A stretch of 63,516 nucleotides of DNA, filler included, from Octopus bimaculoides (Eukaryota): the NCBI RefSeq assembly GCF_001194135.2. It is 4 parts of 3 records of this genome, joined end to end, with 100 filler letters (N's around TTAATTAATTAA, not from the genome) between each part and the next. Parts side by side here need not be neighbours in the genome. Positions count along the whole stretch, not along the records: positions 28,154 to 55,894 come from NC_069000.1; 3 more parts are not named here. One strand, written 5' to 3'. Shown piece by piece: positions 39,038-52,682 of the stretch; within the stretch, counting starts at the first letter, position 1, and each line of letters begins with the position of its first letter. A program made the position numbers and the translations under genes. The notes under the pieces are model-generated. The model was given only the letters and a program-made list of their open reading frames with translations. It had not been told where the DNA came from and made no database searches.

Positions 39038-41647
39038 TGTATATATAAAATTCTTTCCTATCTATATTGGACATAGGTCCAGCACAGAAAATATTGATTT
39101 CAAACAAAGGTACAAGTTCTGGAGTCGATTTGTTTGACTAAAGGCGGTGCTCCAGCATGGCTGCAGTCAAATGACTGAAACAAATAAAAGAGTAAAGTAT
39201 ATTCAGTTCAGTGGGCAAGACTTAGAGATGATAAGAGACAAAGAAAATATAGTTTTGGTAATTATATCAGCAATAGCTGAAGGAAAATTTCACTATCTCT
39301 GTTCAATACAACTACCTACCAAGCCTATCTCGATTAAAAAATCATTAATTTGTTCATTTTATTTGTCACCAATTCTAGATAGTGAGAGTAGATACACTCA
39401 ATTCGTTTACCAGACAGACATGCTGTGGATGTGGACAATATATTTAACTCTGAAATAACTCAGTCCACTTACTCATAAGTGGGTACCACAAAATACAGAA
39501 AAGTAATTATTATTAGTAGCAATAGCACTATAAAATTGAGAAGTTTATCATCTTATAGTGCTGCATTCAACTCTTCCAGTAGCTATGGTCAGGAGAGATG
39601 TTGTTTAGCCCTGATCAAACAGACCTTAACAAAGGCTTTCCAGCCATTACCATTTTGTCTCTTGATATATCATTGATTACATTGTTTAAGGTGTCCTCCT
39701 TTATTTAAGAGAGTAAGGTATATGATTTGAACAAGATTTAGCAGCTAATTCTACCTTCTGACCTATGATCAAAGGTATTCCTAATGTGACCATCCTGTCT
39801 TTTACCTGTATACAGGGAACCCAGGACCACATTATTTAGCTGGTCCTTTTTAAGATGATAGAATGATATTTAAGGGAATTTTGACAACTATTTCTAACAA
39901 GTTGGGTGACTACAAAGAGTATTCTTCTGTTGGAGCCTATTAGCATCATTTATTAACCAAAAGGGTTCATCCTTTGAATGTCTAAATAAGTAACTAATGC
40001 AGAGTGGTGTAGTTCATCACTATATGTATCAGTGTTAATGTGTCACTGATCAGTGTTGATAGGTAAGTTCTGAGATCAAGTTTTCCTGTTGATCTGGAGA
40101 AGAAACCACTGACTCATTTCAGAAAGACTGAAGCTTCAGTGGTTCCCCAACAAAATAATAAAGTTACTGAACTAACTATGAAACAAATACAAATTTCATC
40201 ATTTTTTCATTTCTTTCTCAGAATTGGCTGATCTCCTGCCAACTCATTCATCTCTTCTCTTCTGATTACCATACTGTGTCCAAACCCAGGTCCTGCAGTA
40301 ATAAATACATACACCTCTTCCTCCTCAAAATGTCATCCTGTTGATGTGGTTTGCTGCAGCTATTGAAGAACATTCAACACACTGTCAACTAGTTGTAGAG
40401 GAAGAATTAAGCTTTCAGTGATTTAAATTGTCAAACCAGTCCTAATTCTTGGTCAACATCAATTCACTTCATGATTAAAGCATTTGTGAAAGTCATGAAT
40501 TTAACTTCTATTTCCATCTGTTGAGAAGTTAACTAGGGTGCAACCACCACATTGATAGTGACCACTAATGAAGAAAAGTCAAGCAACTGAACTTGAATGA
40601 GTCAATAGACAGTATATTGGGCTCTTTTTCATATGTCAGAAGGTTTGAAATATGTATTTAACTAGTTAGTCAGTCTTGGAAGGATGAAATGTGAAACCAA
40701 TACCATCTGAACTTGAACTCAAAATACAGAAGCCAAAACTGAATGCTATCAATTGTTTAATCCAATGCACTATTAATTTCATAAAAAAAAGGTAATGAGA
40801 TGATGGATGGTTGTGTATTCATTTATTTCCCAGAAGGCATTGGCAACATAAGTGATGCATAATGGTATCAGCCAGGAGATGGAAACCGGTCACAATAAGG
40901 AATTATTTACATTTACATCTCTTCCAGCACAACAGTGCTCAGCAGTAAAATTACATAAAGTACTCGTTAATCAAAAGGACAATTTCTGAAGATGAAGGGA
41001 GATAGATCATACATTGAGCCAATTCAAGTATATCAACAGAATGGTGCTATTTATTTAATTGAAGCTAGAGGCAAAGTAAACCTAACACTCAACATAGAAA
41101 AATAAAGTTAAGTATTGATGAATATTTCATTCAGCATTGCATTCCCACAAAACTACCCTGAGATGAATAATATGTGTGTGCGTGCGCATACGTGCGCGAT
41201 TTATTAGTTGGTTAGGTGAAGTAAGGGAGTTAATTCATTGATTGCAGAAAGAAACAATACAAAATTTTATACAGATCATTTACTTAATTTTTACCACTAT
41301 AAAACTGATATCAACAAAATATAATCCATTTCCTACATAATAACATTTCATACATACACATGTATTCCCACACATAAAGTCAGAGGTAAATATACTACAA
41401 TTAAAGAAACATTTCCCCATGAATTTGTTTCTCCTCTTTTTTTTAAAAAAAAAATTCCATATTTAAAAAAAAAATTTGTTTCCCATTTCCTATGGTCTTT
41501 TATCTAAAACTTTCCAGCAGATGATCACTCGTTAGTGTTTTTTTTTACCTTTTAATGAATTTGGCCATTAAACCATTTGACCAATCATCACATTATCAAG
41601 TTACAATTAAAAGAAAAAATCCAATAATAAATAAAATTCCTGGTAAA

Positions 41648-42180
41648 TTATTTAACAGTTATTTCTCGGGGACCTTTTTCCTCAGTCAAAACCTGTGTCT
41701 CTTCTTTGTGGGCAATTTTCATTTCTCTTCGCTTCACCTCTGTATAGCCACCAGACCCAAGCAACACTGTTACATTACTTACCCACCACAGTAATGACCG
41801 TCTATCAGAATAGTAGATTGCTGCAACAACAGTTTGAGCACAGGCTTTGGCAGTACCAGAGATGTTGTGTGTGAGAGGTGATGTAAGTTGAATCTGAAGA
41901 CCAGTTGCATAACCAATGGCAAAGCCAAGGATGCCACTGATATTCATTATATTCCAGAAATGTAGGCTCCTAATATAGGGGAAACTGATTATGGTGGGTA
42001 GTTCACCATTAAAGAGGATTAAAGGGAGAAAGAGGATTGTTGCATTGACATTGTTGTACAAGGTAAGTCGCCATATATTATGGTCAACCATAGGAAGAAT
42101 CTTCTTTGTATAGATGGCATTCAGAGCCACACTGGCACTAGCAAGTACACCAAATATCACTCCAGTAAGACTTAATGAAC
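41648..42180 (-). CDS. SLC35C1: GDP-fucose transporter 1, terminal coding exon (phase-1 start)
   Basis: Translates (G)[53 protein letters not shown]...[32 protein letters not shown]...LLWWVSN...ITVK*, matching the C-terminal half of human SLC35C1 as I recall it ([25 protein letters not shown]). A pyrimidine-rich acceptor (ttttcttttctttttttctttttatag) precedes 42180; TAA at 41648-41650. Confidence 0.94.
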
Positions 42181-42858
42181 CTATAAAAAGAAAAAAAGAA
42201 AAGAAAATATAGAGACATATTTGATAATTTATTTTTTTTTTGAAGAGTCTAAAACACATTGTTCAATGTTTGCAGTACAATAGTTATGTCATAAAGCAAA
42301 ACAAAATGAAGTTTTCTTATTAAACATAATCAATTCAGTCTCCGATACTATGATCGAGTTTAAGCAACTAAATAGAAAGTCCTTTATTTGCTCATTGTTC
42401 ACTGGTATAAAGAGACATAAAAGGTTCTCACATAAAATTATGACAGGAAGATTTAAATATTGATTTAAATATTTAAATACGGACACTATATAAACAGGTT
42501 TGTTTTGAATCAAGAGAGTTATATCACAGAAAGATGAAAAGTTTAAAGATAATATAATAAAATCAATTCCTATAACTTCTGATCTTCAGGCATTTCAACT
42601 ATGATTTAAGTTAACTGCATCAGTGACACACTACAAAATCCTTTAGTTTGAGAAGACCCAAAACATTGCATGTACTATCCTCATTTCCCTTGATTAAATG
42701 ATAAATGAAAAAAAATTATTCTAAATGCAGCAGTTTTTATTCTGGAATTGGCTATTGATATAGAAAATTGACCCTTAAGTTTCCAAAGAATTTCAAGGAT
42801 CCAAGCTAAATTTGTATTTTTATAGAATATATAGTTGAGAAGTTTATTTTGCAACTAT

Positions 42859-42878
42859 GTGGTTCTTAGTGGATATGA

Positions 42879-42966
<88 letters not shown>
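42859..42966. repeat. (TG)n microsatellite in the SLC35C1 intron
   Basis: Direct inspection. Confidence 0.95.
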
Positions 42967-42973
<7 letters not shown>

Positions 42974-43681
42974 AGTGAGTGAGAGAGAGTATTTTTTTTT
43001 TTTCCTGTTGTTTCAGCTCAGAGCTGCAGCCATACTGATGCACTGCCGTTTTGCTACACTGTTATTACTGAGAGCCTCCTCCAATATGTGGCGCTTGGTG
43101 AAGAATGGAGTTTGATGTAGCTACCCTCATTTGCACCTCTTGCCGTGAGGTAGGTTAATCTGGGACTCTCGACAGGAAGAGGTCCAGCTTTGATTTAAAA
43201 ACTCCTACATCTACTTTGTGCAGGTTCTTCGGGCTCTTTGGGAGAATATTAAAAAGCTATGGGCCCCTGAATAAAATATCACAGTATAGAATGTATACAC
43301 TGGTGAGAAAACTCATTCAAACAAAAACACATTACAATTGCAGTGAAACAGTGACAAGTTTCTTGGAAACTTGTAACCAATGAATTCTTTGTTCCCACCA
43401 TGCATAATAAAAAATAAAGATAAAACAAATGGATGAACATCTTGAAAACTATATAGGATGCTGCCAACAGCTCAGCAAATTGATGTATACAGAATTCTGT
43501 ATATTGCACTAATTATATAAAAAAAAAACCTTGTAGTCAATTTAAACAAAAGTTCTTTAAACTGCTAATCCAATACCTTAGCCACATAATCATTTTGTCA
43601 CTATTTGCAATGTAGAGATTTCTGCCTTGATTCCACTGAGAAGCAGTCATTAATGCTAATGACTAACCTGCATTGAACTAT

Positions 43682-45864
43682 ATCATCATCATCATCATTT
43701 AATGTCCGTTTTCCATGTTGGTACAGGTTAGATGGTTTGACTTAGAAGCTGCACCAGGTTCCAATCTGATTTGACCTTGTTTCTACAGATGGATGCCCTT
43801 CCTAATGCCAATCACTCCAAGAGTGTAGTGGCTGCTTTTTATGTGCCATCATCAGCCATATCTATGATCTCACTTGGCTTGATCAGTCTTCTGAAGCATG
43901 GCATATCACCAAAGATCTCAATCACCTGTCACTGCCACTGTAAGGCTTAACATTCAAACGGTGCTTTTTATGTTCCACAGGCACAAGTACCAGTCACACA
44001 GCACTGGCATCAACCACAACTATGATTTCACTTGGCTTGACAGGTCTTCTCTAGCACAGCATATCACTCAATGTTCAAAGGGTGCCTTTATGTGCCAGTT
44101 ATGTGACACTGGCTTCAGCCACAACTACAATCTCACTTGGCTTCAATGCCATGTAGCATGGCTGTTCACACACAGGCATCATACAATCTGCCTTTCACTC
44201 TAATAGAGAGGCCCTTTGTTAGCAGCAGAAGTAGGAGCTCTCTGAACTTTGTCCAGTCTATTCTTATTCTAGCAGTTCTCAGAGCATACACACCAACTAC
44301 TGACTTGGTCACCTAGGTAATGGAAGCTCTTAAATACTTCTAGTTTTCCCCCTGGCATTTGATGGAGTCTATTTTCTGTACATTCTTAGTGTTAATTGTA
44401 CATGTGCAATTTCCACACAAAAACTATTTTCTCTGTTAAACTTTCTCTGATATTGCTACACATCTTATGTGTCCATAGCTTCCACCATGTACATTTTATG
44501 GAGTCTCTACCTATACCTTTACTACTGATCAAGCAGGACCATCTGCCTGAAGGCATTTGTGATTTGTCTGCTCTCCTACTTACTAAGACTTTGGTATTTG
44601 CTAGATTAACTCTAAGGCCCTTTTGATTCTAGACCCTGCTTCTATGTCTGAAATTTCTTCTCTAGTTCAGCTACAAGAACAAGCTATTCTGGTAGTGATT
44701 CAGCATAGAGGACTCCCAGGGGCAGCCTGTCTTAAGTTCCTCTGTTACTACCTGAATAGCTATGATGGATAGGAGGGGGCTGAGGACTGACCCTAAATTT
44801 ATCGCTTTACTCATTGCTGACCTTTACCTTACTGACAGCATCCCTGTACATGGCTTGTACAGCTCTCACCAACCACTCATCTATCTCTAGCTTCCGCATT
44901 GACCACCAGATAAGGGAGTGGGGGACTCTATCAAAGGCTTTCTCCATGTTGACAAAAGCCAAGTACAGGGGTTTATTTTTGGCTAGATATTTCTCCTGAA
45001 GTTGCCTAACCAGGAATATAGCATTAGTCGTGCACCTGCCTGGCACAAATCTGAACTGCATCTCATCTGCACTAACTCTCTTCATAATTAATTGGGCTAT
45101 AACCTTCTCCATAACTTTCATAACCTGATCCAACAATTGGATACTTCTGTAATGTTTCTGTCTAGTGTCACTTTTGCTTTTGTAGCAGTTGACTATAATG
45201 CTACTACACCAATTGTTGGGTATGACTCCCTTGTGGACAAACTGATTAACTATATAGGTGACTAAGCTATATCCTACTCTGCCAGATATTTTAAGCATCT
45301 CAGTAGTGATACCTGATGGGATAGGAGCTTTCCCTGTTTTCATATCCTTAATTGTTTTATCTACCAAATTACTGTCAATTTGGATAGCTAGTCCCTCAGT
45401 TGGGTCAACATTAGGCAGACTCCTTCTCCCATTCATTCCCCACACTTAGCAGCCTTTCATAATGGCATTTCCAAGCCCCCTTTCTTTGTAGAAACCATCA
45501 TCCATGTGGACACATTTCTCTCCTATGACATCACGATTTTCTCTCACACATTGTCTCGCAATTCAAAACACTTCAAGTCTTGCATTTGCAGAACATTGGC
45601 AAACTTCTTTTCTGCTTCTTCCCTGGCTAAGTATACCTGCCTCCTAGCTTACCTTCTGGGTATCTACTACCATCATTCTGCCAGTCCTGTTTCTTTTCTC
45701 TAATGGCCCTGTCAGCTACATTGTTCCACCACCATGTCACCTTAGGTCCAGAAGGGACATTGCACCATTCACAAATTTGGTCAGTAGCTTTCAGCAGGTT
45801 GTCCTGTAGGAACCACCAGTTGTCCTACATGTTGTATGTTGCTATACCCTCCTCTTTTTCATCA
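43682..45864 (-). mobile_element. RTE LINE with decayed reverse transcriptase domain and an internal deletion near the 3' UTR
   Basis: ORF 44807-45445 (MKTGKAPIPSGITTEMLK...YRSIQLLDQVMKVMEKV...QFRF.PGRCTTNAIF..RQLQEKY...LYLAFVNMEKAFDRVP), then GSVLSPLL and LYDAC...AMLHG remnants and a (CAT)n tail. Confidence 0.93.
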
Positions 45865-46852
45865 TATATATANNNNNNNNNNNNNNNNNNNNNNNNNNNN
45901 NNNNNNNNNNNNNNNNNNNNNNNNNNNNNNNNNNNNNNNNNNNNNNNNNNNNNNNNNNNNNNNNNNNNNNNNNNNNNNNNNATATATATATATATAGCCA
46001 AAGAGATAAGGTGATGACTTGGTTGAGTGATAGTCTTGCAAACTGACTGGCTGTACTTTTGAGTTCAAGGTCAATTTTGCTTTTCCTCCTTTCAGGGTTA
46101 ATAAATAAAGTACAATTCCTCTACCAAAGTGTCAATTCTTTTCTTTCTCTTCTCTCTCTATCTGTCATTCTTGGGAGAATATGGCTGTGTTCAGACCTGG
46201 AGAGAAATGGGCTCAGCCAGATCTAAAAATGCCCAAAACACTGTTTGCATTATGACAGTGCCTCCACAACACAATCAGAAGTTGAAAGCTCAATGTAAAG
46301 CGAGGCAAAAATGTACAGAAAATGGTCATCAGCTAACTCTCAAAAAGGGACATAAGTCTGAGGAGCTTGATAAATAGTGATCCATGAAATGTGTTGTTAG
46401 TAGGAGTAATATAACTGGCTTCAAATTTTGGCACAAGGTCAGCAATTTCAGGGATGGAAGCTAGTAAATTATGCCAACCCCAATACTCAACTGGTACTTA
46501 TTTTGTCAAACCTGAAAGGAAAAATTGACCTTAGTGGAATTTGAACTCAGAATATAAAGACAGACGAATACCACTAAACATTTTGCCTGGTGTGCTAATG
46601 ATTTTGCCAGTTTGCTGCCTTGTGGAGTAACATAATTTGGGTAAAAATAGAAAAAGGACAGTGGTAAATGAAGAAGGACAAATACTGATAATGCTGATGA
46701 AGGTCAAAACAAAAGCCACCCATGTTTATCTTAGTATAACTAAATGTCTTTGACACATGCAACAAAGTATTAACAACTGACCTTCAGCCTAGTCAACTTC
46801 CAGGGAAGAAATGGAAATCATAAAACAATAAAGACAATTTATATGCTCATAA

Positions 46853-47346
46853 CATCATCATCATTTAGCATCCATTTTCCATGCTGTTAGACGGTTTGAC
46901 TTGAACTGGTAAGCTGGAGAGCTGCACCAGATCCCAGTCTGTTTTGGCATGGCTTCTACAGCTAGATGCCCTTCCTAATGCCAACCACTCCATAGTGTAC
47001 AGGGTGCCTGTAGCATGTCACTGGCATGGGTGCCATTTATGTATCGCCAGTATGTGTACCTTTTATGTCTCACCAGCATGGGTGACTTTTATATGTCACC
47101 AGCACTAACCATGACTGATTTCATTAAGCTTTGATGTGTCTTCTCAAGCACAGCAGATCACCAACAGTCTCAGTCACTTGCCATTACTTCCATATGACTC
47201 AACATCCGAAGATCATATCTCACCACCTCATCCCACATCCCCCCCCCACCCAGTTAAAGGCCGGCAATTTTTTATACAACTGTCCTCATCGATAGGCATC
47301 ATTGGCCATACCAGCAGTTTTCTCTCTTACACACTACATCTGATGC
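46853..47346 (-). mobile_element. RTE LINE 3' fragment
   Basis: (CAT)n tail, ctacagctagatgcccttcctaatgccaacc and a remnant of the ORF2 C-terminus. Confidence 0.8.
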
Positions 47347-47350
47347 CTCT

Positions 47351-47690
47351 GTTGTGATTATTTATGTGATACATAATCAAAATGTAGAATCTAGTTGAAT
47401 GAAGAAAGTTCAGAAATAGCAAATATAGAAATAACAGCTAAGTGGTGGCTTTCAGTCATGTGGCGTAGAGAAATGGATGGACATAGCAATGACATGAATG
47501 GCTCTAAGTCTAATCGAATAATGGAATGCTAGACAGTCTAGAAACTTCCAAGGGAAACACTAAGCTTCTTGAATAATTAAGAATTACGTCTCATGATACA
47601 GATGCTTCAAGAATCTTAGAAAGGGAGGTTACTCTATAATCTTTCTTGCAAGGGAGATCATTCAACAATCTAACTACTGCTACACACCCA
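47351..47690 (+). repeat. ~340-bp segment duplicated in direct orientation at 52015-52982 (second copy interrupted by a 581-bp element)
   Basis: gtgattatttatgtgatacataatcaaaatg...ataacagctaagtggtggcttt...ctctaagtctaatcga...gggaggttactctataatc...ctactgctacac is present at both loci. Confidence 0.9.
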
Positions 47691-48449
47691 CTAGGCAGAG
47701 GTAACGGTATACAATAATGAAAATAACAAAATTGTATATATCATAAAATGTCAAAAACTGATGAAAACAGAATGGAATAAATGGGCAAGACTTCCGCCTG
47801 TCCGCACCAAACCACCCTTTAAAAAAATTTTTGTTTTTTCAACACAAATCCCCCTTTTCAGCTACAGGGAATAATAAATCTGCCAAAAAATTGACAAAAA
47901 TCAGCATTTTTTAATTACCCCACACCCACTTCCTTCATTTTTTTACTTTTTTCAGAAATTTTTTTTTCAAAATATGCAGGAAAATATGGAGATTATTATT
48001 CTGAAAAAACTTTTTNNNNNNNNNNNNNNNNNNNNNNNNNNNNNNNNNNNNNNNNNNNNNNNNNNNNNNNNNNNNNNNNNNNNNNNNNNNNNNNNNNNNN
48101 NNNNNNNNNNNNNNNNNNNNNNNNNNNNNNNNNNNNNNNNNNNNNNNNNNNNNNNNNNNNNNNNNNNNNNNNNNNNNNNNNNNNNNNNNNNNNNNNNNNN
48201 NNNNNNNNNNNNNNNNNNNNNNNNNNNAATTTTCGGGAACCTCCATATCCAAAAATGGGGGATTTTGGCAAAAAAAATTTTTTTAATAAACAAATTTAGG
48301 AGAAAATGGGGGTGGGGGGACGGGTGGAAGTCTTTCCAATAAATGCAGTATTTCAGGTCCAAAGAGAAAAATCAACGTTGAAACTTCTGTAACATATGTG
48401 TGTGCGCATGCAATATAGAGGTAGAGAAAATTGTGCATCTTGGGAAACA

Positions 48450-50000
48450 GAATCCAAGGAAATGCATAGAGAACAGGATTTATTCAAGTGAGTCTGAATA
48501 GCTGAGTCGTTTTGCATGCACAGAATGCAGAAAATGCCAGTCAGAGCGTGATTGAGGCATAGTGTATGTGCACACGAGTGGCAAAAAACGACAGTGACAT
48601 GCTAGCAACTTTCTATTTATAACGTGACCATCCATGGGTCTAATAGAGTTGTGTCTTACAAGGGCACGCGATGAGCATGAGAAAGCAATCCAAAAGGCAT
48701 GTGTATAATTGGGTGAATGCATGCAAGCATGAGACAATTTTACAAATATACAGAATGCTGGTAAAAAAATATGTACGTGAATAGATGTCCTGAAAAATGA
48801 AAAATGAAGTGATATACAAAACTAAGCAAATGCAAAGGAAAGTGAACAAATACATGAAAAAGCAAGTAACAGAAATGTCAAACTAGGCGCAAGCTAAAGA
48901 AAAGTTCCCGTCTATGTGCAAGTGTTCAAGTTCAAGTCATGCAAGTTTTTTTAGAAAGTCCACACAAATTGAATTCAACGATGCAAAAATACGGAAAGTT
49001 ATGTATATACATGATATGTATATAGCGCACACATACTGAAGGTGAAAACAGTAGTGCAAGGCATTGTCAAAGTACATGCAGGAAAATTCTTCTGGAAAAG
49101 TTTAGTTTGCCAAGAAATTAAGTCTCACAACTTCATATAGGAAGAAGAAAACGACAATATGGCAAAAGCTGTAATGCTGAAAGTTAGTAATGAACTTGCA
49201 GTGGTAAAAGTTGAACTGGTGCGAAGATGATCATGAGAAGCTGGACTTGCAGTGGTAAAAATGGTGTAAGCCATACACTGAACAAAGCAGGATGTTGAAA
49301 TGAGCTGGTTACTCTACTTGTGATGAAAAAGGATGTTGAAATATTAACAAGTCTAAGATTTGAAACTTCCATATGTAAACTGGTTGAAATAAATTTTAGT
49401 GGCGTTGTTGACGGAGGAAAAAAGAAAAGGTCTGCTGGTATTGTGAAGGAAGAAATGCTGTTTATTCAAACTGTCAATGGTCGAGCGTTCGTCCAGTTAA
49501 AAAAATGTCGCAAAATGGATACGATGTTGTGTGAAGATTGGCAAATGGTGATCCCAAAAGGTGGTGATAACGAACAGCAATCATGACAGGGCACCGAGTT
49601 TAAAAGTAAGGTACAGAACCATCGAGAAACATTGAAGTTAGAATTTCTGGATCGGATTTTGTGGCGAAGAATGTGGGATGAAAAGTTGCCGTACAGTTGA
49701 AAAAGTTTCAAGTTTCCTTGTTCTCTGGCCATGAGAAATGGGAAAATGACTTTTGAAACAGTCAAAAATTCACAACAGTAGTATTAAGCAATAAATAGGT
49801 GGTGAAATTATAAACTTGACATGAAGAGCAGATCAAAAGTACCGAACTTGGTATGAGGGTGGATCATGGTGGTAAGAAAACTTGTCATAGATGTCGAAAG
49901 CAGCGAAAGGAACTGGAAAATAGCCATACTGTCGTAGTTACAAGAAACTGAATTACTTAGAAATAATTATTGGCAGGAAATTAACTCAGCAAATACGAGT
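48450..50000 (-). mobile_element. Highly decayed CR1/Jockey-like LINE ORF2 remnant
   Basis: Minus-strand fragments in the expected order: DHHLPIFTQHRI (SDHLPI-like), FFTSILYICKIV (PISLTSI.CKI-like) and SICVDF (LDF.KAFD-like); heavily interrupted. Confidence 0.5.
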
Positions 50001-50431
50001 ATAAGATTTGACTGCTATTTCTGGCAAAAGGTGATGTAAACGATGTTATCATAGCTCAAGAGTAGTAGTGAGAGTTGATAAATGTACGTCAAAATTGTTC
50101 TTGCAGTCCATATGTTGAAAACAAAAAAGCAGCTGTAACAGGCTTGAGAAGGAGTTTTGTGATCGGAAAATTGTTTTGCAATATACCAGATAATGATATT
50201 ATAACATGGAAACCAGAATTAATTGACAAATGTTACTAGTTTTGCTGCTAAAAAACATTTAAGACTTTTAACTTAGTTAACATGGCATTATTTTGGTAGC
50301 TTTAACATAGAAAAACAGCGTTACTTTGGCAGCTGGCAAATTTTTCTTTTCTGCAAAAGGTTCTAAAGTTGGTCGCATATATTTCTGCAAAAAGTTCAAT
50401 GGTTGCCTTCTGTGAAAACTGTAATACAGGA

Positions 50432-51843
50432 TGATTTATTCAATTTGACGGCCAGAGTTTTTAATTAAACACTTTGAAACTTTGGATACTAACAGGGTTT
50501 ACTGTTAACGTTTTTGACAAAATTTCGTATTTTAGAAGCTATTTCGTGTTAAAGTGGTTGTATTTGGGTAATTTTAACCAATCAATGACGTGTATTCAGC
50601 TGAAGAAAATTACTGCTGCTGTTTGCGAACAGCAATTTCCAGATCCATTTTATATATATATATACATACACACACACATACATTAATAATAGGCAGAAGT
50701 TACAGAATGACAATAGCCAAATTGGTGTTTGATAAGTGCCGATGATATATACATACATACATGTAAAAAAAATCTCATCACACAATCAAACCAATGAAAG
50801 AGCCTCTACCTGGTCGCTCGACACGCTAAAAATAGCAGCCAAAGTATCCCCCTACCTAAATCACACACCCATTGTATGTAATGTCCGAGATTATCCCTAA
50901 AAAGACGGTTTGCTGAAGGCTGGAATGTCTTTGATGATAGGTTTGCTGTATCAGAGGTTGATTTGAGGCTAAATAACAACAAAATTATGGTCCTTAGTGA
51001 AAATCGCACAGGTGAAATCGGACCCCAAAAAGGGTTTTGTAGCATATTAGGAGGTCACAGGAATTCATTCAACGAAAAAAAAAATTTCCAATGATTCCGG
51101 GATGGAGCCCCCCCCCCATTTTCCGAACCAAAATAAGGGATTTGCAGCATATTATGAAGATTCCATGCAAAAACCCAAGTTTTCTTTTTCTTAGTGAAAA
51201 TCGTGCGGGTGTTAATATAGAAATTTACCATAATTTTGTTGTTATTTAAGCTCAAATCAACCCTGATACAGCAAACTTATCATTAAAGACATTCCAGCCT
51301 TCAGCAAACTGTCTTTTTAGGGATAATCTAGGACCTTATGTACAATGGGCGTGTGATTTAGGTAGGGGGATACTTTGGCTGCTATTTTTAGTGTATTGAG
51401 CGACCAGGTAGAGGCTCTTTCATGGGTTCGATTGCATGATGATATGGTTTTACACATATTTATCATCCCAGGAGGATTCATCATTACACATATTTATCAT
51501 CAGCATATATGTACATATATCATTGGCACTTATCAAACACAAATTTGGCCATTGTTACTCTGTAACTTCTGCCTATTATTAATGTGTGTGTGTGTGTGTG
51601 TGTGTGTACTGGACCCGGAAGTTGTTTGCAAACAGCAGCAGTAATTTTCTTCGGCTGAATACACGTCACTGATTGGTTAAAATTACCCAAATACGACAAC
51701 TTTAACATGAAATAACTTCTAAGATACAAAATTTTGTAAAAAAAACATTTAGAGTAAACTCTGTTCAATGTGACACATTCTACCAGTATCTGAAGTTTCA
51801 AAATGTTTAGTTAAAAAATCTGGCCGTCAAATTGAATAGATCC
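50432..51843. mobile_element. 1.4-kb composite foldback element (arms 50432-50991 and 51227-51843, 235-bp spacer)
   Basis: The arms are reverse complements along their length; right terminus ...gaatagatcc|caggagga, left caggatgatttattcaatttgacggccag (decayed TSD/terminus); outer arms belong to the GGATC family. Confidence 0.85.
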
Positions 51844-52101
51844 CAGGAGGATTCATAGCAAATATCATCGTCACTTAAGTTGAAGATAATTCAGTTGAAG
51901 AAAACTGTGACATGGAAAGTATTAGAATATAACTAAATATGTAGAATATAACTAAATACTCTCCAGGGTAGAATTTGGGATACACGTCAGTTGGTCACCA
52001 ATTTCTGTTGTGGTGATTATTTATGTGATACATAATCAAAATGTGGAATCTGGTTGAATGAAGTAATCTATGCAAGAAAGTTCAGAGATAGGAAATATAA
52101 A

Positions 52102-52682
52102 GGATCTTTTTTAAAACGGGGTCCACATTTTTCATTAATGAAACACTTTGAAACTTGGAACACTGGTAGAATGTGTCATATAAAACATCTTTTTCTCTTA
52201 GACTTCTTTAAAAAAAAAGAAATCCCTAAGTTATTCCATGTTAAAGTTGTCGTATTTCTGTAATTTCAACCAATCACTGACGTCCATTCAGCCGATATAC
52301 ATTAAGTGCCAACTACATAAACAAACGATTCTGAAACAATTCTATCGGTGATAGGGTTAGGGTTAGGGTAAAACAGCAAATTTAAAAAGAAAAAAGCAAA
52401 TAAAACGAAGAAAAAAAAATGAAAATGAAAAAAGCAAATTTAAAATGAAAAAAGCAAATAATCAGCCAAAGGAGTAAATGTAAACAACTGAATACTTGTC
52501 AGTGATTGGTTGAAATTATCGAAATAAGACAATTTTTTACATGAAATAAATTCGAATACAAAAATATTTTTCTGTTCTATAACACAAAATAGATAAGCAT
52601 ACGAAGTTTGAAAGTCTTTCGGTACCAAAAACACTATGTAAAACATTAATGAAAAATGTGGCCTCCGTTTTAAAAAAGATCC
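52102..52682. mobile_element. 581-bp non-autonomous DNA transposon (GGATC termini, 8-bp TSD AATATAAA, internal GGGTTA repeats); Merlin- or MULE-like
   Basis: 39-bp TIR ggatcttttttaaaacggggtccacatttttcattaatg versus reverse complement ggatcttttttaaaacggaggccacatttttcattaatg; exact TSD at 52094-52101 and 52683-52690; imperfect arms extend ~200 bp. Confidence 0.92.

Noticed and set aside
42181-42259. N-terminal [26 protein letters not shown] of the 203-aa ORF
   Set aside because: Intronic polypyrimidine tract read in frame; the true exon starts at 42180 and splices to 53528.
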